A stretch of 63,192 nt of DNA, counting the filler, from Octopus bimaculoides (lineage: Eukaryota): NCBI RefSeq assembly GCF_001194135.2. It is 7 parts of 6 records of this genome, joined end to end, with 100 filler letters (N's around TTAATTAATTAA, not from the genome) between each part and the next. Parts side by side here need not be neighbours in the genome. Positions count along the whole stretch, not along the records: positions 1 to 22,909 come from NC_068981.1; positions 23,010 to 37,698 come from NC_068981.1; 5 more parts are not named here. One strand, written 5' to 3'. Under the pieces are notes generated by a model. The model saw nothing but the letters and a program-made list of their open reading frames with translations, searched no databases and was not told where the DNA came from. Below, piece after piece: positions 12,801 to 28,597 of this stretch (its first letter is position 1; the number at the start of each line of letters is the position of its first letter). The position numbers and the translations under genes were made by a program.

Positions 12801-14968
12801 AAATAGCAATGGATGGGAAAAGTTTGAAATAGGCTAAACAATAATGAATATTAAACGGGGTTACACTCGATTTTTTTGAACGAAGCAGAGATATGTTGTT
12901 ATATATCTTTGAAATGTGACGGAAAGCCGGGCCCACCATTTCCACAGTAAAAATACCTGCAATTACCCAACAGGTTCAGATAATCAATTAAGTATTGAAT
13001 TTAGAGCAAGGGTATGCTATTTTAATGATCTGACATTCAGGGATCTCAAAGGATCAATGAAATTAGAAATGGAAAGGTGATCTCAACAGGTAGGACAAGT
13101 AAGATCAGCTACTATAAGAAGAATAGTCAAAATAAATTCAAAAGGAAGTTGAATATAATGCCCCAAATGACCACATAACGTCTGAAACAAAAGCGAAGAA
13201 AAAAGAGGAATACGAGAGCATGTATTTGTATTTACAAACACAATTGACATTCGTCAACAAAAGCACTTGCAGTTTTAAATATTTGCTCCGTGAAATTTTG
13301 CTGATATGCACTGACTTCACTTCTGCCTTTGAACGTAATCTTGTATAATATAGCTTTATTTGTATATACATTCCATACATTTCTTCTTGTTAAATAAATA
13401 AACAGGCGTTCAGCACACACATGAATCACATTAATATGTAGCTATTTAGAATCATACATTCTCTCACCCACTCACATGCACACATTTTCGAGAATGAGGG
13501 TATGCATATATAATCTGACACGAGTCCCTTTCTGTAAAAATGAAGGTTTTACAAAATGTTAGAAATTGCTATGGTAAAAGTATTGATAATTGTGATATTT
13601 AGTTAGAAATAAAATTAATATATTTCTCAAATGGATTCCTTTCACAAATACCCGTTCACAGCTAATATCTCTTAGTTGACATGAATCGAAATATTTCAAT
13701 AACACGTTCGATTTACACAGATAACTAGAAATTAGTTTTGAACGGATATTTCGAATGGTATCATTATGAACATGAGATTTATGTTTTTCAGATATGATAT
13801 TTCGAGTCTTCATTATTTCATTGTGTTCGGCGTATTCTAACGTTTTCCAAATGTTGGTAAATATTCTAACATTGTTATTCATATACATCACTTAACTTTT
13901 TAGAGCAGGTCATGAGTTTCCTCAATATATGTTTTATCTCATCAAAATCTAAATTCAATATATTATCAATCCATCCAGTGACATTTTAAAAATGTGTACT
14001 ACGCTGTAAATACGTTTCAGAAATAAAATATTGTTTTAGAAAGATATTCTTTGGTAGATATTCTTCAGCTTGGAAACATTGGTGCAAACTGTAAATTTAT
14101 TGCTCCCATCTGATTAAGAATTCATATATAATATACACTATTCTTGCAGCAATATTTGAAATTTGATTTAGCATTAATCGTAAATGTCTGTTATATTATA
14201 GAATGATTACAAATTTTGATACAAGGCCAGCAATTTCAGGGCTAGTCAAGTGAATGTAGTATTTAGAGGGACAACTAAATGTCGAGATTTCGTTATTTCT
14301 CTAATCCGTACAAGGCATACTTGTCTAGCTCCAAGAATGCCTGTTTTAAGTAAACGTGTCTATATAGTTGCAGTCGTGCCAAACTAGTGTTCAACTAGAC
14401 AACTGGTTCTTTTATCGACCCCAAAAGGATGAGGGAATGTGAACTCAAAGGGTAAACACACACCAAATATTACTGCTAAGAAATTTGCCCAGCGTGTAAA
14501 GATGTTGCCATCTTACTGCCTTTGTCAGTTTATAAAATTGTTATAATAATCTGCTTGTTCACTCACTCGTTACACTTTAGTTCGTTAGAGAGCTGGAGGT
14601 GCAGTGAGAGACAGGCGGAGTAACGGTGCGTTTGTATGAGAGAGAAAGAGAGAGACAGTCAGACAGGCAGAAGAGGGATGATGAGGGGTGCAAATAAAGA
14701 AGGAAGAAATTATGAAAAATTTGAGAAAAAGGTATAAGGCAAAATGCATCACGTGGTAAGTTGAAGGGAGAAGCGAAGAGCGAGAGAAAAAGACAGTGAT
14801 AAAAAGGGAGAGGGAAGTGTTAACGACATACTGTAGGGTGGGTGAGAAAACGAAAGAGAAAGAGATATGTTATGATACAATATTTAGCAGAGGGTAATGT
14901 ACTGGTGGTGAGGTTAAAAAATGTCAGATAAAGAAAGATGGGAAGGTGAGACAGTTACATTAAGTAAG

Positions 14969-15085
<117 letters not shown>

Positions 15086-16027
15086 CAGTGGAAGGGAGAG
15101 ATGAAGGAGAAGAGCGGAATGTTAAAGACATGAAGACCGGAATTACATGGTTAAAATGTTTTTTGAAGAGGTAGAGAGAAAGGCAGAAATATAAGGCGCT
15201 TAGGAGGTGGAAATTTTAAAAGATAAGATATTGCGACGGGGAGTGAAATACTTAGCAAAATAAAAATAAGAATCCTCTCTTTCTTAAATAGCTTCTTTTA
15301 ATCTTTCCCGTTCTGTGGAATTTCCACAGGTCCCGCTAGTGCATAGAAATTTGCTTCAGTGTTAGTCTATTTTAAATTGTGTTTCTGTGTTCCATTGGTT
15401 TCCCTCCCTTTAGATTTACCAAAATGGTGTTTTAAAAAGTAAATTTGGTATTGCGAGAAAGTATTCTCAATTGGGAATTCGACTTCTAATGATTACAACG
15501 GTTGAGAGAATATCACTTTAATATACTTTTAAAAATAATCAACGTTGTTTTCACAAAGATTTCTTGGCTCAAGTTTCTCAAACTATTGATATCCTAAGTA
15601 TTGGTTTCAAATGTTGGCACAAGGCCAGTAAGTCGATCCCATCTACACCATTGCTCAAATGGTACATATTTCATCAACCTCGAAAGGATAAAAAGCAATG
15701 TGAACTCAATACGTAGAGCATTTTGCCCGGTGTGCTAACAAAACTCCTAACTCGCCGTTACACGTCACAACTGAAACTTGGTTGTAATAATAGTATGTTT
15801 GAAGAGAGAATGGAAATATTCTTCCTGGAGTTAATCTGAAATATTTGCTCTGAATTTTTGTTGAATTATTTCGGGAAAACTGGTGTAGAAAACCGGTTGC
15901 CTGCTTCCTTTAAATCCTTCAACAAGTCTAAAGTATAAACTCTTACTTACATTGAACTTATTTAGTGTATAAAAGGTTATTTTATTTCTATCCTTGTCCA
16001 GTTGGTGCAAAGATTAGTTTAATTATA

Positions 16028-16093
<66 letters not shown>

Positions 16094-16129
16094 GGATGGA
16101 TACAATTGTGTGTACTTGTGCACGGTGAC

Positions 16130-16162
<33 letters not shown>

Positions 16163-18673
16163 CGAGGGTATGTATGTGTCTGTGTGTGCATGTGTGAGCG
16201 TGTGTATGTGTGATTGTGTATGTTCACGTACGTATGTGTTTGCTTCCTGAAATGAAAATATCTTGTAACCGGTCAAGTGACCGAGTAGCTCTTTGCTTAC
16301 AGCTAGAATTGTTTATGAGAATTTTCTCTTCTTTGTTGACAGTCGTATTCTTAGCTGTTCACCAATATAATTTCCTACTTCACTCCTCACCCTAGACTGT
16401 TTCATTGCCGTATGTATTTCCTCAATTTCTACACAACATCTGTCACAATATCCTGTTGAGTCGTTTTTCTTTCAGTTTTCTTATTTATTTTTCCTTTAAT
16501 TATCTCCGACTCTTACTCTCTTTCATTCCAATAATCTGTCTCTCTCTCCATCTCTAAATTTACAAAATATTCCTCTATGTTTCTGTATTCTTTCTGCTAC
16601 TGCCACTTTTTTTTTGTTTAGCCCCATTATTATATATGTTTTCCTTCTTCATCTTCTAAGCCTTGCTTCTCCTTTCCTTCGTCTTTCTTCATCTCCCGCT
16701 TCTTCCTGTTTATTTCCTTGTATTGCTAGAATCATACATTTTACTTCTACTGTTTTAGAAACAAAGAGTAAGCTAATGGATCCCATATATTGCTCCTATC
16801 ACTTCTTATCGTCTTTAAAAAAAGTTTAGCAATTATTTCCAGCTTTACACTACAACTATAATCTGGAGGGTTTCGGGTGAAAAACATTTGATCATTGATT
16901 TATTCCACTACAGTTGATCTGGAGTCAATCAGCGAAACAACGCATCAGAAGACATTTGAAAACCTTTCTCTCGTAGTGAAAGCATTCACTTTAGAATTCC
17001 TGCGGCACATATTGTTTTTAGTGTGTCTCGAAAAAATTATTATCGGTAAATACAGAAACAAAAATTTGTACTGTGAGTTGTGAAGAAAGACATGAATCAA
17101 TTTCTAGTACATTGCATTACAATTCCCATGAATCAATTTCTAGTACGTTGCATATTTCGCGATGAGAGTGAAGACTTTGTTCCTGTACCTGGTCGCAGAG
17201 CGAATACTTAAAGAGACTGCATATGTAAATCTCCATCGGCTTGGCTTTCTTGGTGAAGCGTATAGCTTTCATTTATATACAATATTGAATGACAAGCAAG
17301 CACATTCTTAAATATGCTCTATAAATATTTTACTATGGTCATTCGAGATGTATCATGCAAACCAAGGTAATGGAAGAAAATATTTTACTTATATGATTTA
17401 CAATGGGATCCGACGCAGAAACATATGACTGCGAAGTGGGATCTTAAACACTGAAACATAAATATGTATTCCTAAAGTTGTATTTCACCGTTTGTCCCGA
17501 TTTGATTTATATTCGGCAATTCATCAATGTAAACCTATCTATTGCATATGCTATCTTTTCCGAAATGTATGCAGCTGTCGATTTATTTTGTTCCGTCAAC
17601 TCACTTTCTTCTCTATGAAACTCAATCGATTCAGGAAAACCCATAATAGATGCATGAATATACTCAGCCATCGAGTGTCTTTAGAAGTTTATCAATATTT
17701 ATCTCTTATGTTTTATTGCTAATTTTACTATAGGAAACTGTGAAAATATATTTTGTTTCTATGCGCCATCATAAACACTGCAATCGGGAAAAATCTGATG
17801 TAAAATTAAATGACACCCGAAAAAAAAATGTTTTGCAGTTACCATGAATACTACGCCAGCATAGCAATATATGTGGTAATTGTTTGGCGGTAGTACTAGG
17901 ACATTTGTGATTTAATGAGGAACAAGCGCTTGATCCGCCACAACACATAGCCAAATATATCACAAATCTGTTTATCGAGTTGCGTAATAGACATTGTTCC
18001 TGTTGTAGTTGCTAATGCAATTTGCTAATACAATTGTAGTTTCACGATACAATTGGATTGGCACGACTGGAACAATATAGATACGTTTACATAGAGATGG
18101 CATTCTTGGAGCTAGACAACAAGTGTCGATATTTAGTTGTCACTTTAAATACTACATTCAAACGTTGCCTGGTTTCCCATTGTCTTCAGACATTTTAAAC
18201 TAAATACAACACATTTCAGTAAATTACACCAATCGATTTAATCGAGTTTGTCTCTCAGTTCTACAGATCTGTGACCTCAGGAAATTGTGAAAGAAAATAT
18301 ATTACACGAATATTCGTAAACTGATAGTGTGGGTAGCTTCGTGTCAGATTCCTGAATATAAATTATTTATTTACACCGAGTCTTATCTAGAGTTAGGTCT
18401 CATAAATTTAAAGAGTTGTAATTTTAAAACTCGAATATGAAACATAGATTGTACGGTAATTAATTATTTCAACTAAACAGCACTTTTCTTATCTAGAAAA
18501 ATGTGCGGACATTTATAGACACACGCACACACACACACACACGCACACACGCACACACAATTTTACGAACATATATGTGTATGAAAGTATGATTGTACAC
18601 GTGGACATAAAATATACATACATACGTACGTTCATACATACATACATCCATGCATACATACATACATACAAAC

Positions 18674-18718
<45 letters not shown>

Positions 18719-20765
18719 NNNNNNNNNNNNNNNNNNNNNNNNNNNNNNNNNNNNNNNNNNNNNNNNNNNNNNNNNNNNNNNNNNNNNNNNNNNNNNNNNN
18801 NNNNNNNNNNNNNNNNNNNNNNNNNNNNNNNNNNNNNNNNNNNNNNNNNNNNNNNNNNNNNNNNNNNNNNNNNNNNNNNNNNNNNNNNNNNNNNNNNNNN
18901 NNNNNNNNNNNNNNNNNNNNNNNNNNNNNNNNNNNNNNNNNNNNNNNNNNNNNNNNNNNNNNNNNNNNNNNNNNNNNNNNNNNNNNNNNNNNNNNNNNNN
19001 NNNNNNNNNNNNNNNNNNNNNNNNNNNNNNNNNNNNNNNNNNNNNNNNNNNNNNNNNNNNNNNNNNNNNNNNNNNNNNNNNNNNNNNNNNNNNNNNNNNN
19101 NNNNNNNNNNNNNNNNNNNNNNNNNNNNNNNNNNNNNNNNNNNNNNNNNNNNNNNNNNNNNNNNNNNNNNNNNNNNNNNNNNNNNNNNNNNNNNNNNNNN
19201 NNNNNNNNNNNNNNNNNNNNNNNNNNNNNNNNNNNNNNNNNNNNNNNNNNNNNNNNNNNNNNNNNNNNNNNNNNNNNNNNNNNNNNNNNNNNNNNNNNNN
19301 NNNNNNNNNNNNNNNNNNNNNNNNNNNNNNNNNNNNNNNNNNNNNNNNNNNNNNNNNNNNNNNNNNNNNNNNNNNNNNNNNNNNNNNNNNNNNNNNNNNN
19401 NNNNNNNNNNNNNNNNNNNNNNNNNNNNNNATATATATATATATATATACACACATACATACATACATACATATACGGGCTTACCAAGAGATTCTTAATG
19501 AAATTATAACGCTTCAAGGTTTGTATCCGATTTAATTTGCAGGCCTCAGTTTTGCTGAAAAATTTTAACCTCTATCATTCTGAAAACATGATGACTAAGG
19601 AAGTTCAGCTCGCAAGAGAACTTGTTTTTGTTGATATGAACTGTCGTATCTTTTCTGTTGGCACATATATGCTTCGAATTAAAACTCAGTTTGCAAATAT
19701 TTCATAACGGCGCTGTTTCATTCCTGAATAATTGATGAATCCTTATCGAACTTCATATCCTAATGAAGTAGTGCTGCAGTTTTAGAAACAGAACAACGCT
19801 CAAAACCATCAGCAATTATCCATCTGATTAAGTTGCATACTTCAACATTTTAAATCATTCGAACTCCTAATAAGAAATAGCTTATCACTACAATCGTCTC
19901 TTAAATTTCCTTATAGAACGCCCTCCCTACTTCCATTCAGTACTGCACTCTATCTTTCACGACGTTGTGCTGCTCCCGCAACACCTGCTCGTTACACCAT
20001 GCTGAATATGTCACCCCCAAAATATATCAATACTCCTTTTTTCCCTCATTACAGACTAGTCCTCACATGTTTTGTAACAAAAAAAAAACAAACCTGGTCG
20101 TGTTATCTCATATGAGAAGAAATTCAGCAATTAATCAGCAACGCTTGCAGGTCACATGAACTTTTCTACCTCACAGTGATTACCGAATGATAACTTCGTC
20201 CAACTAGCGACAAAATTGAAAACTCACGATTTCTATATCACCATCACTGATGCGCCTATAGAAGAGTTTTAAACACCTTTTATATCTTAGAAGTAATATT
20301 TCCAGCTAAATATTTTGTCGTACAATATAAGCTTATTCAGCATTTGATAAAATTGAAAAATATGTCTTTAAAACCAAATATGCTATTCTCAAAAGGAAAC
20401 TGTCTAACAGTCTTTTATCATCTCAAAGTATTCTAGTAAGAGGAATGGCATTTCTTTTAACGTCAACACACACAGAAGTCTTAAAATACACAAGACAAAA
20501 AATATTTTGGCCGTGAAAACTTCTTTGCCATCTTTGTTACACCACTTTACTCTAGGATTGACTTTCTTAGTCGTCGACGACAACAAGTTGGATTACAAAA
20601 TCAGCTGAGGACGGAAAATTTTGGACAAGAGATACAGCTGACAATATGTATATACATACATATATGTGTGTGCATACATACATGCACACACAAACATATA
20701 TATATNNNNNNNNNNNNNNNNNNNNNNNNNNNNNNNNNNNNNNNNNNNNNNNNNNNNNNNNNNNN

Positions 20766-20799
<34 letters not shown>

Positions 20800-22909
20800 T
20801 GTGTGTGTCTGTGTCTGTGTCTGTGTGTCTGTGTGTGTGCGTCCATATATATAGTTGGAATTTACAAAAGAAGACAAAATAGGAAAACAGGAGTGTAAAC
20901 AACAAACAGGTGTATTAGTTTAACGCTCGGGAAAGTGAGAAAGGCTTTTACTTTTTGTGCCTACGCTCTTCAACAGAAAGGAACACGAGAAAATAAACAG
21001 AGAGAAAATAAAAATTGCTTTAGTGGTTAACGGTCGATCATGTAACTATGTATGTACGTATATATGTCACTTCTATTTTGTAATTGTCATAAATCTTCCA
21101 ATGAGGCGGGAGCCGGTTTCCAACAAAGATACAAGGCTCCATCTTTGGGATGTATTTAACAGAGATAAATTCACATTTGGAACTTCTGAAAAGTGTGTGT
21201 ATGTATGTATGTATGTATGTATGTATGTACGAGTGTGCTCGTATGCGTGTTCTGAAATATTTGCTCAATGAGTGTTTATCTCAAATATACTTTTAAACAT
21301 GTAGATTCCATATGGATTATAAGGACGGCATACTGTGATTCTTCGGAAATCTCTGAATATTGCACAAATATGCAAAGGATCCAAAGAGGGAAATAAATCT
21401 TCCATCTTATAACATATATCCGAGTGCTTGCGTTTTCCCCACTGGTGAAAAACACGCTTTCTGTAATATTTTAAAATACAAATACCTTTCATTATTATTT
21501 GTATATACGTACGAATAACGTGATATTTATCTCGACTCTACATATATTCGTTACTTCTTATGTAGTTTTCTAAACACTAGGGTAACAAAACAGAAGAATA
21601 GCTCTCGCTGGACACCAGAAGTGTTTGTCGATGTTATGTGAATTTGGTTCAAATTGTAGCCCTTGAAATGTTTCATTCATTAGTAATTTCCAGGTAGATT
21701 ATTAATTGTAACATGGAATGATATATTACTATATGTGACGTATGCTGAAGACAATATGCAACCTATCATTTAACGAAGCAAATTGTTGTATAAAATTGCA
21801 GGTGTAAAATTGTAAGCAAAAATATATCGTCCTACATTTCTGCACTCAAGTAGGAAACTAGAATTAGAACTGTGACCATTATCGTTTTTGTTACACTTAA
21901 ACGACAAAAATATTTGACAGAGCTTTGTGTGAATTTAGAAAAGCAGACTGAGTGATTTTAATGCTGTGTATGAAAAGTAATTTGATACGACACGGAAATG
22001 TAGGAACCATGATGGATACAGATGCACAAACCTCAAGTTTAGATTATTTCTTTACACACAGCAAAATAAATAAGTAGATTATAACAAAATGTTTATCATT
22101 GGCTAGTATGGTTTAGCTAACACGTAAGTTCAATGATAATGCATTACTCTTAGTTTGTCAACGAATGAAGTTACATGCTGCGTTCTGTTATAATGCAGTC
22201 AGTTATATGATCTTCATTTGAACATTGAATTTTGATATTTGCCAAAATAAAATAGTAAGGCTTTATAAACTATTTTGTTAGACTTATTCATAGTTGTACA
22301 CAAATACTGAGACTTTCGTTTACTTGAAAGACAGATCAAATAAATACCTTTGACATCTAGTCACAGAGAAAGCTATTCTCAACTTTCCTTCAAACAGTGA
22401 ATAATATGTTTCTTCTGTTTAAAACATGCTTTACTCCAAATAGAAATTTTTAGAAAGCTTCTTTTCGAGTTAATTTCGTGAGAGTGAAAGTCTATTAAAC
22501 ACGCTTACTAAACTCACCGCTTTTAGAACATTCTGGTTGCATTACATAAGAAGGATCTGCTAACATTTCAGCTGAATGACTACGAACATTTTAGAAGTCA
22601 CTGTTCAAAATAGTGCGTATTTATGTACGCTTATACTGAAATATCACGAACGAAATACATATCTCAGGCAACATTTAAAACTTATTTTTAAACACCTCTC
22701 CTAATTCGGTTATTCATTTATCACCTATGAATGAATTGTAAAAACTATGCAAAAAGATATCTTCGCTAATAATAATGAAAAAATGAAAGGGTATGTTTCC
22801 AAAATTGTGACATTTTTTCTCAATATTCAATTCTGGACATCACACCTAGCACTTTATACATACATACATATACATATACATATAAATGTATATATGTATA
22901 TATATATAT

Positions 22910-23009
22910 NNNNNNNNNNNNNNNNNNNNNNNNNNNNNNNNNNNNNNNNNNNNTTAATTAATTAANNNNNNNNNNNNNNNNNNNNNNNNNNNNNNNNNNN
23001 NNNNNNNNN
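22910..23009. other. Assembly gap marker N44-TTAATTAATTAA-N44 (also centred at 37743, 53444, 55748, 57938 and 59976)
   Basis: Six instances share the same layout: 44 N, then the palindromic six-frame-stop 12-mer, then N. The fully counted first instance totals 100 nt. Confidence 0.95.
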
Positions 23010-23290
23010 AGTTACGCACTGGGGTCGATGTAATCGACTTAATCCCTTTGTCTGTCCTTGTTTGTCCCCTCTGTGTGTAGCCCCTTGTGGGCAGTAAAGA
23101 AATAGGTATTTCGTCTGCAGTTACGTTCTGAGTTTAAATTCCACTGAGGTCGACTTTGCCTTTCATCCTTTCGGGCTCGATAAATAAAGTACCAGTTACG
23201 CACTGGGGTCGATGTAATCGACTTAATCCCTTTGTCTGTCCTCGTTTGTACCTTCTATGTTTAGCCCCTTGTGGGCAATAAAGAAATAAG
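23010..23290 (+). mobile_element. SINE family B, nested or dimeric copy with a duplicated 3' half
   Basis: The tail AGTTACGCACTGGGGTCGATG..AAAGAAATAG occurs twice, at 23010-23105 and about 23195-23290. Confidence 0.8.
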
Positions 23291-25139
23291 AACATAAATT
23301 TGCAAGCAATGCAAAGTACAGCTACTGAAGTGTTTTGGGAGTAGATTAAGTATAATGGCTACAAAATATAGTTGTGTTAAATGGTGTAAGGCAATTGAAG
23401 GAAGACGTTGAAACTTCTCCTCTGCGATTTGTTTCATTCAACAGCAAAGGAAGCTAATTTTTCGGAGAGAAGTGTGATCGGTACGTTCAAAAATTGCAAT
23501 ATAATACCTGTTTGAAAACCCAGAGTTAAAGGAGTGTATTTGCTATATGCTTACAGTGTACGATCACTCTGAAATTGACTTCAGGTAACGAAAAAGGAAG
23601 AAAATGAAAATTTTAACTTCAGTTTAACTGCAGTTTTAGTGATGTTATTCTATTGTAGGCAATCTTCAAAGTATTTACTTTCAGAGACGTACCCTTAAAA
23701 AAGGTCACATTTTCCTAGCATCTCAAATGACTGAATATTCCGAAAGGTCAGGTCAGGTCAGATATGGGGATATGCACTATTGCAAATTGTTGCTGCATCC
23801 GCTATTTGTCGGTGATTTCCTAGTCCTGGCGGATGAAACTTTTCCGCCACACAAGTGAAACCCCTGCAACCCATGATCCTGTTTGGGTAGTCGCTACTGG
23901 AGAGGGTTTTTATGAGGTCGGTGTGAACACCCTACCTCAACCTCTTTTACGAAGCACTGGATTGCCGATCCCCTCACACTGGAACAAAATTGATCTAATC
24001 AGAAACGGTTTTAAGAATTTCAAAGATTTGAAATATACTTGATAAATTTTGCTAAACCAATTGCAATCGCTCTGCTAGATATTAACAGGTAAAATTTCGT
24101 CCTTTGAAAGAAATATTTTCATATAAACATACGTATTTTTATATTCACACAAGCGTGTCCTAATCACCCCACTAAATCGTTTTTCTGTATCATTTCCCCA
24201 ATGCTTCTTCTCAGAGTTTTTGGAGTGACGGATAAAATACCTTATGGCATTTATACCGACTCTGTTATCCCAATGAAGTCAACTTTGAATTTAATCCTTT
24301 CGGGATCAATAATAAGGTACCAATTCTTGGGGCATCGGACTGGCGGAACTATAAGAACTTCGGACTCGATGCTTTGTGGTATTTGCTCCAGCACATGCAT
24401 TCTATGTCCAGTTCCCGCTATGAACTACTTGGCTGCTGAGTTTAGTCCGTTGTCCGCATTAACACCTCTACCACCCAATCTCTTGCAAGTATTCTGACCA
24501 ACTATCAAGTTTGATGACACCACCATTGCTCCCTCCCATCAATCTTGGAAGACCAGCAAAATACCATGGTCCCTTCCGTTTGTTTTCGACTACAAAATTA
24601 GGGCTACATTGCCAACCCTTAAAATTCCTTTCCTTCATTTTTACCTGAATAATGTCCAATATGACATCCAAGAAATTTCATCATGTCCTTATTCCACGCA
24701 AAATTTTATGTTACATTTCCCACAATCGTTGAAATAGCGAGAGCGAGAATCATGGTATAATGATTTGTAAAGTTTCAGCTACCATCAATTTATATAACTT
24801 CNNNNNNNNNNNNNNNNNNNNNNNNNNNNNNNNNNNNNNNNNNNNNNNNNNNNNNNNNNNNNNNNNNNNNNNNNNNNNNNNNNNNNNNNNNNNNNNNNNN
24901 NNNNNNNNNNNNNNNNNNNNNNNNNNNNNNNNNNNNNNNNNNNNNNNNNNNNNNNNNNNNNNNNNNNNNNNNNNNNNNNNNNNNNNNNNNNNNNNNNNNN
25001 NNNNNNNNNNNNNNNNNNNNNNNNNNNNNNNNNNNNNNNNNNNNNNNACATACATATATATTTATATGTATATATATATACACACACATACATACACACA
25101 CACGCACACACATATATATATATTTACATACATATTTAT

Positions 25140-25182
<43 letters not shown>

Positions 25183-25352
25183 TACATATTTATATATATA
25201 TATATATATATTAGGTGATGATCACAAAAACAATACCGACAAAAATTCCACATATGTGCATGTATGCATATCCATATATATATCTACATACAATCTTACC
25301 AGCACAGAAACACGCACACGCACATACGCACTTACACACACACACACACACA

Positions 25353-25391
<39 letters not shown>

Positions 25392-26134
25392 CTAATAGAA
25401 ACAACGGCACAAATGTGTGTGAGTTTGAGCATATCTATATGTGTGTGTGTGTGTGTGTGTACGTATATTTGCGTGTGTGTCATGTGAACTGGTATACAAA
25501 TATGGAATAGAGAGTGTTTGAAAAAAATAAGAAAAAAATTACATAAATAAAATACTACAAAATTACATTAATCAAGTGAAACATTAAAGTTTAAAATTGC
25601 ACTTGGCCTTTGTGCGTAAGAAACAAGATTCAATATTTCCTGATTCATGTTTCTCAGTTTTTCATTTTATTCAGACTGATTATTACCTTTTTACCTTGTA
25701 TTATAGAAAAATACTATGTTTAAAGATATTTCTTTAATACCATATTATATTATATTATATTATATATATATATATATANNNNNNNNNNNNNNNNNNNNNN
25801 NNNNNNNNNNNNNNNNNNNNNNNNNNNNNNNNNNNNNNNNNNNNNNNNNNNNNNNNNNNNNNNNNNNNNNNNNNNNNNNNNNNNNNNNNNNNNNNNNNNN
25901 NNNNNNNNNNNNNNNNNNNNNNNNNNNNNNNNNNNNNNNNNNNNNNNNNNNNNNNNNNNNNNNNNNNNNNNNNNNNNNNNNNNNNNNNNNNNNNNNNNNN
26001 NNNNNNNNNNNNNNNNNNNNNNNNNNNNNNNNNNNNNNNNNNNNNNNNNNNNNNNNNNNNNNNNNNNNNNNNNNNNNNNNNNNNNNNNNNNNNNNNNNNN
26101 NNNNNNNNNNNNNNNNNNNNNNNNNNNNNNNNNN

Positions 26135-26166
<32 letters not shown>

Positions 26167-26873
26167 TCGTACTTGTTTTTATCTGTATTTCATTTTTGTT
26201 TTTTTTAGAAATAAATTTCCTTCCTTCCTACTTTCTTTGTTGTCTATTGTTTGTTTTATTTATTTATCTCTAAATTTGTGATTGGAAATTGTTGTGAAAA
26301 CAATGGCGAAATATAGGCAATTACAAATCACTGCCTGCGACTTATATAGTAATATCTATCTTCGAATAGGAAAAAAAAAAAGAAAAAAAGAAAAAAGAAT
26401 ATGGAAATAAACATATACAATAACAATACAAAAAAAAATGAAAGTACAAATAAGAAATAAAAACGGAAATAGTAAAATATGAAGGAAAAGGAAAATGTGA
26501 TAAAATGCCGACATCAAAGATCATATCTTGATTGTTTTGAATGTAAAAATAATAATTTCTGCTCTGAGGAATCTAGAGTATACGTTGAAGAATCTTGTCA
26601 AGACTCATTAACATTTCTTGTCACCTCGTCGCCTTTGATTTGTGTTAAAGTAGGACAGATAGATTATTGTTACCCCGAAGATGATATACATATATTAAAA
26701 ACAAAATATAAAAACAAGATAGAAAACAAAATATCACAACAGAGTAAAACATGTTTACGACAGAATGGAACGAAACGCTGCAACATAATATTCTATTCTT
26801 TAATATAGATCCACAAGGGATCATTCAGAACGAAGAATAAAAGAAACTAAAAAGCAATAATAATAATAATATC

Positions 26874-28093
<1,220 letters not shown>

Positions 28094-28169
28094 GATTTCT
28101 TTTATTAGCCATTGGAACATACATGAGGGAAGATCACATGTACACAAAACAGAGGAAGAAGAAGAGAAA

Positions 28170-28410
28170 GAAGAATTGTTTCAAATTTTGATACAGGGTC
28201 AGTAGTTTTTGAGGTTTGTGGAGGTTGGATGGGGGTTGATGTGAAGTCGACTACACCTTGCCTAGTACATGACTGGTATGTATTTTATCGACGCCTAAAG
28301 GATGAAAGGTAAATTTGACCTTGGTGGCATTTGAACTCAGAGTATTAAGTCGGATGAAATGCTGTTACGCATTTTTTTTCCGGCTCGGTAACGATTCTCC
28401 TAGATCGCCA
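28170..28410 (-). mobile_element. Degenerate family B SINE
   Basis: TTTCAAATTTTGATACAGGGTCAG..GACTGGTATGTATTTTATCGACGCC..GGATGAAAGG..TTTGAACTCAG. Confidence 0.65.
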
Positions 28411-28414
28411 CTTT

Positions 28415-28447
28415 AATAATAATAATAATAATGATAATAGTAATAAT

Positions 28448-28533
<86 letters not shown>

Positions 28534-28540
28534 TAACAAC

Positions 28541-28597
<57 letters not shown>
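28415..28597 (+). repeat. Compound (AAT)n/(AAC)n microsatellite
   Basis: Read directly. Similar (AAT)n tracts lie at 26860-26913, 27310-27408 and 39675-39710. Confidence 0.95.

Noticed and set aside
16895-17083. Exon-like frames with plausible splice sites (16915-17045; similarly about 6003-6160, 6610-6715 and 35837-35960)
   Set aside because: No recognisable protein motifs, and such sites are expected by chance in AT-rich DNA.
17092-17155. Short tandem duplication CATGAATCAATTTCTAGTAC(A/G)TTGCAT as a CRISPR-like repeat
   Set aside because: Only two copies, no spacer array, and a eukaryotic context. It is a simple local duplication.
20567-20604. Mini terminal exon (A)DFVIQLVVVDD* after a good minus-strand acceptor
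   Set aside because: Too short to distinguish from chance, and no linked exons were identified.
24200-24700. Higher-complexity stretch with ORFs 24201-24497 and 24468-24671 (GLPRLMGG)
   Set aside because: Only a faint resemblance to a retroelement LPRxxGG motif. It may be a very old LINE relic but cannot be supported.
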